Positions 25,259 to 37,838 of a DNA stretch of 64,000 nucleotides are shown piece by piece. The stretch comes from Magallana gigas (Eukaryota), in NCBI RefSeq assembly GCF_963853765.1, contig NC_088855.1:20088001-20152000 (forward strand), in the 5' to 3' direction. Position 1 is the stretch's first letter, and each line of letters opens with the position of its first letter. A model generated the notes under the pieces. That model worked only from the letters and a program-made list of their open reading frames with translations. It was not told the DNA's origin and did no database searches. Made by a program: the position numbers and the translations under genes.

Positions 25259-26360
25259 TATTATTTTTATTACAATGAATATAAATTGGTAAGTCATTTG
25301 ACTGACATTTACAAAGGAAATATTGACACTTTGCCAATTACAAACGCAGTTTACATCCAATGCAAAACTTGCAATTTTCAAAAGAATCCGATATATTGCT
25401 AATATATCCTTGTCTTTAAGTTTTTAAAAATCGATTTTAAAAAGAAACATCTGATTTATTTAAACCAATTTATATCTTTAATGTTGTCCCTTGCTTTGTG
25501 CTTATTTTGTGTTATTTAGTCCAAGAAAAAAATATTTCTAAATTAGGAAGCATTGTCCCTACTAGTATATGTTTGAGAAACTAAAATCCTCATCGAACAA
25601 CAGTGGATATTTAATTTTATTTCTGTAAATGTTTTACCAAGTGCTTTTATTAACCATGATGAACAATTCATGTTTCAGACATTTGAAATCTACATGATAA
25701 AGAATACATTATACATTATGAATTTTGCAAACAAAACCATCTTAATCAAGCACTTTTACGATGTTACAAGCAGTGTTAAAGAGTAAAAAATGATTAGTTG
25801 AATGTCCGTAGTTTCAGAAAAAATCTTTAACAAACCTTAAACTTCAGCCCCGTGATATATCATATAACATGTTCTAATAAAAATGTTGTTCGACAAATTA
25901 AAAAATATTCTTTTCGTGAAAAAAAAACACAGTTTGGGAATATCATGAAAAAAAAATAAAACCAAATCAGATGCACTTTTCTTATTTAATAATTTTTATA
26001 TACATATAAAGGATTTAATTTCTATTTATATCAACCTAAAAATATTTATGAAAGTAACTATCCTTACCAACTAACACATTGGCACTTTGAATTATTCACG
26101 GTTCATAGATTGTTTCGAAGAATTGATGATAACATTTTCAGACAAATTGACACACACCTGTCCCAAAGAGAAGAAAACACGCGTAGCTGTCACTTTCATG
26201 TGGCCACTCGTTCCCTTTCTCCATTACACCTGAAGCAGGGGTCATGACGGTTACCGTCGATTCGTCACTCAGACGAGACATGCATATCTTGCACATTACA
26301 ACTTTTGATTTTTGTAAACGTTGTCTGAACAATGCCTGAACATGCCAGGTTTCAACTAAA

Positions 26361-26477
26361 ACCGGAAAGAGCATCGGAAGTGCAATCGTATAAAAATTGA
26401 GAGACATACGATAAAACCTTACTCCGTCCCCTGCTGGTGTTTTTCCTTTCTCTTCAACCACAGAGAACAGAAAGAGA
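26361..26477 (+). promoter_or_regulatory. Promoter and non-coding exon 1 of Met-rich gene P1
   Basis: ACCGGAAA (26361), CGGAAGT (26375), TATAAAAA (26389), donor GA|GTGAGT at 26477/8. Confidence 0.6.
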
Positions 26478-26648
26478 GTGAGTAAAATGCAGTAGCCTCT
26501 ATTATCAGTGAAGTATTCCTCAAAGGAATTGGTTTACATTACTTTATTTTAAATCTCAATATGTATTATAAGATGTTTTTCAAGTTTGCCACCTTTTGCA
26601 ATGTTAAGCTTGTAGTAATATGACTCATATGTTTTATTTTAGTTGACC

Positions 26649-28503
26649 ATGCACTACTTTGGTATATTCACTTTTCTGCTTTTTGTTGGAGCTCATGGAT
26701 TTGTTCTTCGTAAGTAGAAGTTCATTTTTGAGTTCAGCAGCATCCTTTGGGTTTCCTCATTGTTTCTATAGTCTGTCAAAATATTTACGCTGGACATTTT
26801 CTTAAATTATTCTATACTTTAATATTGATACCTCTGGGTTGAAATTATATCCATTCAATAGTATGAAAAAAAACCCCAAGATTTTACATTTGAAACACTC
26901 CTTAGGTTTTAATACACGGTTTAAAATAAAAAGTCTACGGGGATTTTCATTACAAGCGAGATGAAAGTACCCATATGAAAACTTTGAAAAATTAATTGTA
27001 CGAGGTATTCCGATTGACCGATTGAAGTGGAGAAGAGATGTAAACATTTCCCATTATAAATTTCCGTGAGAATTTTTTTTCGTTCCTGTGAATTTTTCCG
27101 AGTGAAAAAAAGATAATGTGCCAATTCAGATATCTTTAATATTTTCCCTTTCATCGATATTTCAATTGCATTCTTTCACAGGTATGTATGTTTCTATGAA
27201 AAAATCGTTCAAATGTGCCGCATGAATATCTTGGGACAGAAACTTTATTCAATTTCAAACAGTAAAATGAGTTTTGATTAGTTCAGGAAAAAAAATCAGA
27301 ACACTACATATAAAATATGTTGAATCAAGGGTTTCAAGTTATCTAAAAACTTAACGTTACATCTCATCATTTCAATTTCAAGAAATGTTTAATTAGTTTA
27401 ATGTCATTACGGTGAATTGTTTAACTTTTTTTTTAACCAAGAAAGACCGACAACTGTGGTTAAAGCATTGAATGGAGAGACCGTGATGAATTCTGGGCCA
27501 CCAATTGGCAGTCCGGACCAGTCAACTCAGAACCAGAACCGCTTTATGAGGGACCCAACCATCCTTGATGCTAGAAGAAACAGAGCTAGCCCAGTGATAG
27601 TTTCAGCGAACGCCATGATGCCAAACAAGAATAGAATTATAGCTTCTCCAGGTTCGAACAATATGGCACAGGAAGCGTCTAATGTTAACATGTCAGATAT
27701 GGTGGCCATGATGATGAACATGATGAGTAACGAGCCAAATATGGCTGACGTGATGGCCGACAACACTGCAAAAGCAGACATGATAAATGCCTTATCGTCG
27801 GCCACTGAAGTAATGTCAAAACTGAAAGCCAACATGAATCAACCAAGAAGACCCAATATGCAGTCACCAACTAAAACATTGCCTTCGATAGAAAATTTGG
27901 GATACATAGTGCCATCAATGATGAATGCTAACATACCGTCTGGTGCCAATATGATGACGGGTACCAATATGATGCCAGCTATAGGTTCAGGATCCAACTT
28001 TATCCCCACAGAATCTCAAGGACCCTCAAATAGTTACATTAATATTAGTCCAAGGCGTAAGTTCTCTACAAGTTTGTATAAAACTAATATATTTTTGTGG
28101 ATATTTAGCTGTTTAGTTTTTTAAGCCTTAAAACCATCATTTGTCTGTAGTCACCATTTCGAGGGCCATGACCATGTGACTAAAAAATGTCTAAACCAGG
28201 AATATACATTTCAAAATCTAAAAAAAAGCATTATTAATAAAACAAAAAAAAACTCCTAAAAAGGAACGTTGTATGAGATTGTCATCTTAAAAAAAGGCAT
28301 GGTGTGTTATATTACAATTTGTTAGCTATTAATGTTTTATTAATATTTTTGTTAGATTTGTAAATGATAGAAAAAAAGAAAGAAATGAAATCATCAATTT
28401 TAGTCTCATTTTTATTTCATCAATCAGAATTAATCACCTGATACGACTGTTCTATTGAAAGAAATCAAAAATTCAGGTTTTTATCTTTTTTTTAGGATAT
28501 TAA
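26649..28503 (+). CDS. Secreted Met/Asn/Ser/Pro-rich protein P1, 227 aa; exons 26649-26709, 27442-28056, 28496-28503
   Basis: The signal-peptide exon MHYFGIFTFLLFVGAHGFVL ends at C|GTAAGT (phase 1). It joins a 615-nt Met-rich exon (MVAMMMNMMSNEPNM...) ending at C|GTAAGT. The next exon gives RRY*. Confidence 0.72.
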
Positions 28504-29765
28504 GACGACGAAAATCCTGCAGGTAAAACTCTCAACATTTCTTATTGTCTAAAATCTTTTGGGGAAAATTAAGCAATGAAAAATGAATTCAATTATTATT
28601 GAAACAGATCTTAATCAAATTTTGCACAAATGCATTGTCCTGATCGCAAAGATTTCCTATTTAAAGGACAGGTATGATTTTAAAATTTTCATTTGAAGGG
28701 GATGATGGGAATCAAAAAGAAGAAAGACTATCTCCGTGATTGTATATATATTTACATCTTGAAATAATTAAATAAATATTCATTTGTGTACGCAGCCTGT
28801 TTTTTTTTATTTCATTTGATTTGTACAGCGATTCACTATTACATTATTATAATAAGAACACTAGTTTTCTGAGAAAATATCACCAAAATCCTTTTTATTT
28901 CTTGCATATCATAATTCCATGCAATCTATATTTGTTTATTATGTATATTTATGTTCATAATTTGCAGACTGATATAAAAGATGCCCAAAAGCATTTTAAA
29001 GAAAACAGTTAGGGTTATTTGACGGACAAAAATAAGTGTGAAGAAGCTTTCATGAAATGATTTTTCCGAATATTTTTATTTCCGAAAGATATTTTACTTA
29101 ATCTTATTTTTTTCACAGACAATGGTCAGTATAAACTATGAGTAAATATGTAATTTTTAAATTCGTATCAATTTATTATTATTATTGCCTATTATTTTAT
29201 TTTTAGAAGGAAACCAAAAAGCTGAATTTCAGATCAGAACATCGAATTCATTCCTTAACAACAGGAATAAGAATATATTTTAATAACGAAAAGTGCATTT
29301 ACTTTATTAATAGCAAAACATGAATTTGGCCTATAATTGCAAATGAAAGAGGTAAAATTTATCAACTAACATTGTCATTTCTTGTGCTAATCTTAAATTT
29401 CTTTAAAAAATTAATATATAAGGCCTTTTATTATGTTATAGGCATTTTTAATCATGCGTTTTCCGCATGACAACCTCAGAATAAATACTGAAGGGTGTCG
29501 GCTCCTTTTTACATCAAATAATGGTTGTAAGAATATAAGTTTCTGAAATGCTGTCATATTTTCAGCACTTTGTTTACTAGCACACGCTACTTAAGCGTAG
29601 AAAAACACCTTAGTGTTTTTGATACTTCATAAAATGAAACTTTATAATATGAACCAGAAACGCAATAAGTAAAACAGTATTTGGTATTGTATACATAATA
29701 TTTTAAATCGAAAATAACAAAATACAGTTTTCATTGTCTTCTTGGATAAGCAAGAGCAGCTCTTT

Positions 29766-32733
29766 CTACCATACTACAAAAATTCAAAAGAAAATATTAG
29801 AAGACAATTGCAATTTTCTAAAGTTGATGAAATAATGATTACATTTTAAATGATATAAAAGGAAAAGAAAAAGAACTTACGTCTCATCATGGAACCTGAT
29901 AAAAAAGTACAAATTGTATCAGGACAATATCACCAATAAGACATTTGTCCGTTAATGATTAAGGAGCTCCTGTTTATATTTTAAAAGTGAAAATTTATAA
30001 ATATTAAAATTTTCTTTACCTTTTCCATTATTGACCATTCCTGATGGATATCCTGGTCCCAATATATTTCCCATCATTCCTGGTCCCATTTTATTTCCCA
30101 TCATTCCTGGTCCCATAGAATTTCCCATAGCAGGTATCATTGCATTTCCCATCATACCGTTCATTCCAGGTGTCATCATGCTTCCCATTGCGTTAGGCAT
30201 ATTAGTCATTGCAGGCATCATTTGCATTGGGACCATTTTTGGAGAAGGAATCATAATTTGAGGACCTCCCATCATCATGGGTGGCATCATCATGTTTGGT
30301 CCTGCCATCATTGATCCTTTCATTCCCGAGTTCATTCCATTCATCATTGAGGCAGCAGCCATCATCATACCCATATTTATAGGTGACATTGGGATTCCTC
30401 CCATTCCATTCATTCCCATGTTTCCTCCCATTCCACTTCCCATACCAGGTGTCATGACCATCATATCACCGGCACCAGCACCGCCAGATGACACCAGTGT
30501 ACCACCTCCATTGGCTCCGCCTACCATAATCATCATTTTAGAGCCAGCATTAGCGCCTCCACCAGCAGCGCCACCTTCAAACTCTCCTCCTTCAACTTCA
30601 GCGGGCTGCGCTGGCTCTGCTGGTTGGGGTGGTGCTGGCATTGCTGCCTCGCCTCCTGCACCCATACCACCTGCACCCATGCCTTGTCCCATTTGACCAC
30701 CGTTTCCCATTGGCATCATTTCTCCCCCAGCCATCATTTGTCCTTGCATACCACCTGCCATCATACCCCCTGGCATCATTGCTCCTGACATCATACCAGA
30801 GGCAGGTTCAGGGGCTGACATCATAGGACCCTGATTCATTCCAGAGGATTGACCGTTCATCATTGAGCCTGGCATCATTCCATTTGACGAGGAACCTGGC
30901 ATCATACCAGAAGCTGGTTCAGGAGCTGGCATCATTTGACCCTGGTTCATACCGGGTGGGTTATTCATCATTGCACCGGGCATCATTCCATTTGAAGGGC
31001 CTTGCATCATTGATCCGGGCATCATACTTGACGTTGCCGAGTTCATTGCGTTTGGCATCATTCCTTGAGCTGGCTCAGGGGCTGGCATCATGTTTCCAGT
31101 CATCATTCCATTTGGTGAGGAACCTGGCATCATTGATCCGGGCATCATTCCTGGTTCAGGGGCTGGCATCATGGGTCCCTGATTCATACCATTTGGAGAC
31201 TGCGAGTTCATCATGTTTCCGGGCATCATTCCATTTGGTGAGGAACCTGGCATCATTGATCCGGGCATCATTCCTGGTTCAGGGGCTGGCATCATGGGTC
31301 CCTGGTTAATACCATTTGGAGACTGTGAGTTCATCATGTTTCCGGGCATCATTCCATTTGGTGAGGAACCTGGCATCATTGATCCGGGCATCATTCCTGG
31401 TTCAGGGGCTGGCATCATGGGTCCCTGATTCATTCCATTTGAAGATTGTGAGTTCATCATGTTTCCAGGCATCATTCCATTTGGTGAGGAACCTGGCATC
31501 ATTGATCCGGGCATCATTCCTGGTTCAGGGGCTGGCATCATGGGTCCCTGATTCATTCCATTTGAAGATTGTGAGTTCATCATGTTTCCAGGCATCATTC
31601 CATTTGGTGAGGAACCTGGCATCATTGATCCAGGCATCATTCCTGGTTCAGGGGCTGGCATCATGGGTCCCTGATTCATACCATTTGGAGACTGCGAGTT
31701 CATCATGTTTCCGGGCATCATTCCATTTGGTGAGGAACCTGGCATCATTGATCCGGGCATCATTCCTGGTTCAGGGGCTGGCATCATGGGTCCCTGATTC
31801 ATACCATTTGGAGACTGTGAGTTCATCATGTTTCCGGGCATCATTCCATTTGTTGAGGAACCTGGCATCATTGATCTGGGCATCATTTCTGGGGCTGGTT
31901 CGGGATATGGCATCATGGGTCCCTGATTCATACCATTTGGAGACTGAGAGTTCATCATTTTTCCGGGCATCATTCCATTTGGTGAGGAACCTGGCATCAT
32001 TGATCCGGGCATCATTCCTGGTTCAGGGGCTGGCATCATGGAACCCTGGTTCATACCAGATGACATTGCATTAATTATACCTTGCATAATTCCTGGCATT
32101 GCTGGTGAAGATGGTTCTGGTGCAGGCATATTACCTGGTCTGTTCATCATATTACCGGGCATACCCATATTAGGCATTCCATTACTGGACATACCCATAT
32201 TAGACATACCAATACCAGACATACCCATATTAGTCATTCCGCTACCAGACATACCCATATTAGGCATTCCATTAGCAGGCATACCCATATTTGGCATTCC
32301 ATTTCCAGACATACCCATGTTAGGCATTCCATTTCCAGACATACCCATGTTGGGCATTCCATTGCCTGGCATACCACTACCAGGCATACCGCCAGGCATA
32401 TTGTTGCTTCTCCTGCGTCCTGTGACAATGAAATAAAGTTTAATTCATTTGATAATAAATTTTTGAGAATTTTTAGAATTTCTTCAAAAAGTATCAAAAG
32501 TATACAGTGTTTCACCTGATCCTTTATATTCGAAAAAATATATAAAAATATATACATATGAGATTTGATCATCATTTTAAGCATATACTTTTTTTATATA
32601 ACTGATACTCTGGTTTATTTACATACACATGATAAGAACTAAAGACAAACAAAAGCTAAGTACCATACACTCCAGCCTGGGCACCGGAAACAGCGAGTAG
32701 AATGACAATGAAAGACATGGTATGCGACACCAT
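29766..32733 (-). CDS. Large secreted Met/Gly/Pro-rich repeat protein (MGP), ~830 aa; exons 32733-32664, 32419-30020, 29895-29881, 29773-29766
   Basis: Signal peptide MVSHTMSFIVILLAVSGAQA-GVYG in a 70-nt phase-1 exon, a 2400-nt open exon, a 15-nt micro-exon (GSMMR) with TTTTATCAG/GTAAGT, and a putative last exon giving LW* (least certain part). Confidence 0.8.
31070..32045 (-). repeat. Coding 123-bp (41-aa) tandem repeat in MGP, 7 full units plus a partial unit
   Basis: MMPAPEPGMMPGSMMPGSSPNGMMPGNMMNSQSPNGMNQGP units, near-identical at DNA level (e.g. anchors 31159 and 31282). Confidence 0.92.
32140..32375 (-). repeat. Coding 30-bp (10-aa) repeat GMPNMGMSGN, about 7 units, at the MGP N-terminus
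   Basis: ATACCCATAT/GTT...GGCATTCC recurs every 30 bp. Confidence 0.85.
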
Positions 32734-33533
32734 CTGTAAAGAGTAAATACCAAAAATCACTTTATAACTCTCTCTACCTATTTGTATGGATTGAAAGTGG
32801 AACATTTATTCATTTTCTTTAAAATGGCAATTCATTTGTTTTATTTGGTTCATCTGTTGTCTATCCTAATTCATTCAGTTCATAACTAGTTGACGATAAT
32901 AAAATATTTCAAACTCAGTAAGTTGAACAGTCTCAAAATGTGTAGGATATAATATGTAAAACTAATATCAAGGACACACGAGACGTATATTTCATTATTG
33001 TACAATTTTTTTCTATCTCCACAATTGGAGGATTTCCACTGCGTAATTCCGTAATGATATTTAATTTCATACGATATATTTTACATATTTTGATATGCAT
33101 GAAAATTTATCTAAAATAAGGAACCTCTCGTGTGTCTTTAAGACTGGGTGCGTATTAAGTTTTACAATCCAAGATTTTACTGAGCTTAAATATGAACAGC
33201 TCTGACTATTCAAGCTATATATATTATTTAATATGTTTAACCATATATGATGCTGGGGGAAATGATGGATCAGGAATAGGCATAATAATGAAAACAAACA
33301 ACAACTTAAAAAATTAAAGACAAATCATTTTTTTTGTTTATTTTTGCACTTTGCAATATAGATATTCTTAATAATCAGTACTATGAAAAAAATCAATAAC
33401 CGATAAACAATTATTTGTTAATCAAAATTCAGGTAAGATTTATTGTTATATAAGTTGTATGCCCCATTCTGCTTTATAAAGGCATACATATAGGTGGTAT
33501 AAAAAGAATTACTTCTATGTATTATTGCCTTAC

Positions 33534-33632
33534 CTTAAATTTGTGGTAGTGGTCTATTGAAATCTTTTCGATAAGAAGACCCCAACTTGTGTAAGATTTT
33601 TGTTTTTATACCTCCAATATTCTATTTCCGCC
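33534..33632 (-). promoter_or_regulatory. Promoter and non-coding exon 1 of MGP
   Basis: Minus strand: GGCGGAAAT (33632), TATAAAAA (33610-33603), then a ~45-nt exon ending AAG|GTAAGG at 33534/3. Confidence 0.55.
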
Positions 33633-35287
33633 AGCTCTCGCGCCGCAAGGGTTTGGGCACTGATTTACAACTTCCAACACGAGCTGCAACACGGAGACTT
33701 AAAAATCTTACACAATTCAGCCATAAAATGGGGGAGACCAACATGTGTTCTGTGGTAGGATTATCACGAAAATCTGATAATTTTGAGCTCCTATTTGGAA
33801 AAGATGAAAAAAGAGGGAAATGTTGGCAGTGCACTGTGTCCTTTGCGAATCGGTTTATACGTGTACAACTCAAACAAACAACAAACTTAGATAATTAATG
33901 GGAGGCGTTTGTCCTATGACGATTTAAAAACAAACGTTTAGAGTAAGAGTATTGAAATTACTCAGACATATTTACCATTTTTTATCAGTACAGAAATTTG
34001 ATGTTTGAAGAATGACTTACACCTTGCTGTGCAAATTTTATACATTGTATAGTCCTTTTTTTAAAAAAAAATCCTACAGTATTCTAAAGAGATTTTGTTT
34101 TAAGTATTAATGAGATGAATTGACTAATTTTATGATACAAGGGGCTAGGAATTGCACTTTTATTCAGGGAAATTAAGTATTGATTCCACACATAAATCAT
34201 AAAACGCCGCTTTTCATCATTTTGAAATAAAGCGCTGATATTGACATGCGCGTCTTGTACACAGCGTTATATGCAAATTAAGTTAAAAAAAAACCCGGAT
34301 TAATATACATTTATGAACCATTCAATATTGAATGCCTAATATAAATATATAGGATTTCTCATGATCTGCTAGGGTATACACCTAGTATTTTTAACGAGTT
34401 GGATAAAAATCATATACCATCGCAAATCATGAGATATTCTTTTTATCACGTTTTACCTCGCCTTTTGTTGTACTTCAATCTTTTCTGTAAAAAATTATAA
34501 CAACAAGCACAGAAAAAAAAGTTCTTTGAAAGTTAACAAACATTTCATCTTCGAACATATTTCATTCACAATTCATGAAAAATATACATTAAAAGCTTTA
34601 CTTTTACAACACGGTACTTTTTTTTTACTTTTTCATTCTACGTCAATCATCAGCCTTAACCTGCGTAATGTGTAATTATGACGTCACATTTGGTCTTGAT
34701 ACACAGTGTAATATCAAACATTTATTACACGAATGGTATATACCGTATATTGAGCTAAACATATGAATAAGTCATATAAGTTATACTTATAGGTACTTTT
34801 TGATTAACAATTCTTTTTTTCCTACATGTAATGTTTGGAATTGTTGTTTTGACCGTTAAATCTGATTCAATTTTTCAAATTTTATTCGATTGTAAATTTA
34901 TTAACATTGATATATAAAAGTTATATTACATTGGTAATGCCATTTGCATTTACATGATTACCTTGAGCATACGGTCAAATAATCCCCGACATGTTTTTTC
35001 TAAAGCTATGCAATAATAATCTATGCGGTGTCTATGAATATCTCTAGTGTTTCAAAATCACATCTTATATGAAAACTTTCAAATTTTGATAAAGTACTAG
35101 TAAGATGAACTTTTATCTTTGTGTCAAACCCTCGTCAAATTGTGTCAAGGAGTTACAGAGGTTTTGTATGTCACACCAAAAGCAGCGCTTTTCTGCTGTA
35201 AAAATAGAACACCGGAGACTTAACGTACATTCGTACATGATCTGATTGTAAAACATCAAACAACTTGAACACCCAGCAGATTTCGCC

Positions 35288-35413
35288 ACCGGAAAAAATA
35301 CAAACTTTTCAAACTCTATATAAAGCATGTTCGACTTATAAATCTTTGCAGATCTTCACTCCTCATACCTCCAGTGTTCTTTGTTGCCAAGCGTGTCATC
35401 TCCTTTGATCACT
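35288..35413 (+). promoter_or_regulatory. MN1 promoter and non-coding exon 1
   Basis: ACCGGAAA 35288, TATATAAA 35317, donor CACT|GTAAGT 35413/4. Confidence 0.65.
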
Positions 35414-35699
35414 GTAAGTATGCTTATAGCTATGAACGTTTTATGATTTACTTAATTTTCATAATGTTATCATAAGAATATTTTGTTTGGTAAAATTAAT
35501 CAAATTTTAAAGGATGTTCTATGAACAATTTCTTACAACATTCTAGCTATGCTCAAAAGGTTTCTTGATTTATAATCAAATACCGTACATGTACAAAAAA
35601 ATAAAGAAAGAATAAGAGTTACGATAATCCACAACTTAGGCAATTAATTAACAGTGTTATAATAGATTTTATCCATTATCTTCAACGTTGTTGTTTCAG

Positions 35700-36566
35700 A
35701 TGGGTTTCTTCTTGATTGCCGTTACCAGTCTTATTGCTGTAGCTAGCGCCGCCCCAACTTATGGCGGAGGTAAAATAAAAAGCAAATTATACATATATTT
35801 AAATAACTCAAAATAGTAAAATGTTCGATATATGCCTTTTTTTATTGTTCAAATTAATGCCCTTTGTTGTAGGAAATGCTAACAATGGCAATAACATGAA
35901 TATGCCAGCGAATTTGGGAATGAACAACGGAGCTATGAATGCAATGCCCGCTAATATGAATATGGCAACTAACATGGCTAACAACATGATGATGCCAGCA
36001 AATATGGGCAACAGCATGAATGCCAATGTAGCCAATATGATGAACGCCGTTAACATGGGCAACAACATGAACACGATGCCAGCTAACATGAATAATGCTG
36101 TAAACATGATGATGGCAGCTAATATGGGTAACAACAACAATGGAGCCAATATGGCAAATATGATGAACGCCATGAACATGATGCCAGCTAATATGGGCAA
36201 CAACAACAATGGAGCCAATATGGCAAATATGATGAACGCCGTGAACATGATGCAAGCTAATATGGGTAACAACAAAGGAGCAATGAACGCTATGATGCCA
36301 GCTAATATGGGCAACAATAACAATGGAGCCACAAATGCCAACATGGCAAATATGATGAACGCCGTAAACATGATGATGATGAATGGAGGAAACAATGGAG
36401 CTATGGGAAATGCAATGATGCCAAACAACATGGGACCTAATAACAACGCTGGTATGAATATGAAATGTAAGTAGACGTTTATATGATTTCAACATTGAAA
36501 TTGTTTACGCAATAAAATTAAGATGATAACTTGTTGATTTATTTTACAGCCTCCTATGTGGGGTAA
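35700..36566 (+). CDS. Secreted Met/Asn/Ala-rich protein MN1, 226 aa; exons 35700-35769, 35873-36466, 36550-36566
   Basis: Signal peptide MGFFLIAVTSLIAVASA-APTYGG. PANMGNN-type repeats, with about 53 Met in the 197 codons of exon 3 by hand count. Ends MNMK-SSYVG*. All junctions are phase 1; AATAAA near 36647. Confidence 0.85.
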
Positions 36567-37225
36567 ACACCTGCAGATATTTTGTACCGTTGAACAAAAG
36601 ACCCAGAGGAGCTCTGTTATACGCCTTATTTTCATTTTTCATGAATAATAAAATACATTGCTAAAACACATTGTCTATTGTATTTTGTATTTCTCATTTA
36701 TAATTGCTATCAAAAGCATGCATTGATTACGAATAAAACCCAGAATTTTAAGGAGGCAGACTTTTGTTTTCATTTTGCATGTTTTGTGCATTCTAGTAAA
36801 ATGCCGTGTATTTATACCTTTTATGATTTATTTTGATTCATGCTTCAGTAGGTGTGCTTTGCAATTGTACTTTTATGAAGTGATGATAAAATGATGCTTT
36901 GTAGGAGTATGTTTTAACAAATTACTTAAAAGTATGCCTATGAACTACTATACACAAAATAACGCTATCATCAGGGTTATTTTTTAATGTACAGTATTCA
37001 TGGTACCATGCAATCTGTATTTGTAACAATCCAAATATACAGCAAAATTCTGTGCATTTTTTTCTTATTATAGATGACCCCACTAGAACTAGACGGTATA
37101 GTTTAGGTTTTATTTTACATATAAAGTAGACAATAATATTACTAATCAAATATTACAATTTGAGGAAAATCGGTCTTGTTGTATTCGTTTAATCTGCTTC
37201 GAAGTGCGGAAAATGTCAATTAACT

Positions 37226-37838
37226 TTATTATACTTTCATGTTAAATACTGAAATCTGATTGGTTTAGACGCAGTTGATTATCCGTTCTATTACCCAATT
37301 GCAACTTCTCGGGCCTTTCCGGCAGGCTCGAAAAAACACCTCGAATGTATTAACATCACCGGATGTTTGAATTTTATACAAAATGGAGTCGCTTCCCATT
37401 AAAATAAGTATCGGCTAGACAGTCTTATTTGTCGCTTCTGTGATAAATTTTAGGGTATATCGTTTACTTTTATAAAGTATAGCTCACATCTAAACAGATC
37501 GTAAGAAGTGTTGTATTTATATCAAGTTTTATAAAAAGGGGGGTTGTCATGGACGCTTAGGTAATACATTCGAGGTGTTTTTCTGAGCCTGCCGGAAAGG
37601 CCCGAGAAGTTGCGATTGTTCTATTACCCTCAGCGTTAGCAATACACTTGGAAACGGGTAAGACAACGAATTGTTGCATGTGTGCGAGTAATTTATGCGC
37701 GTACGGTTTGCCATAGAATTCACGTCATTCCTTTATAAAAGCAGTTAAGTTTTCTTTAGAAAAAAGACATTTAGTATAATAAAATAAAAGTGCCTGTTTG
37801 GGAGGGTAAGAGTTGCCCTCCCAAACAGGCACTATTAA
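37226..37838. mobile_element. Non-autonomous DNA element with TTATTATACT/AGTATAATAA inverted ends and a terminal 18-bp perfect hairpin
   Basis: 10-bp inverted repeats at 37226 and 37773. AGTGCCTGTTTGGGAGGG / CCCTCCCAAACAGGCACT at 37789-37833. A partial copy lies at ~43427-43586. Family not assigned. Confidence 0.55.
37297..37617. mobile_element. 321-bp MITE with ~56-bp TIRs and a 10-12-bp target-site duplication, nested in the previous element
   Basis: AATTGCAACTTCTCGGGCCTTTCCGGCAGGCTC...GAATGTATTA mirrored at the right end. GTTCTATTACCC flanks both sides. The empty site is visible in the MN2 duplicate (~43484-43505). Confidence 0.88.

Noticed and set aside
26138-26461. 107-aa GTG-start minus-strand ORF
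   Set aside because: It overlaps the P1 promoter and exon 1 in antisense, with no recognisable motif or splice context.
30031-32436. Multiple plus-strand ORFs (GIIP/ASFHL repeats) overlapping MGP
   Set aside because: Shadows of the 123-bp and 30-bp coding repeats on the minus strand.
11748-33610. Functional link between the PRODH2 duplication and the neighbouring Pro-rich secreted proteins
   Set aside because: Only adjacency supports it. There are no shared promoter motifs, and the PRODH genes lack the ETS-TATA arrangement.
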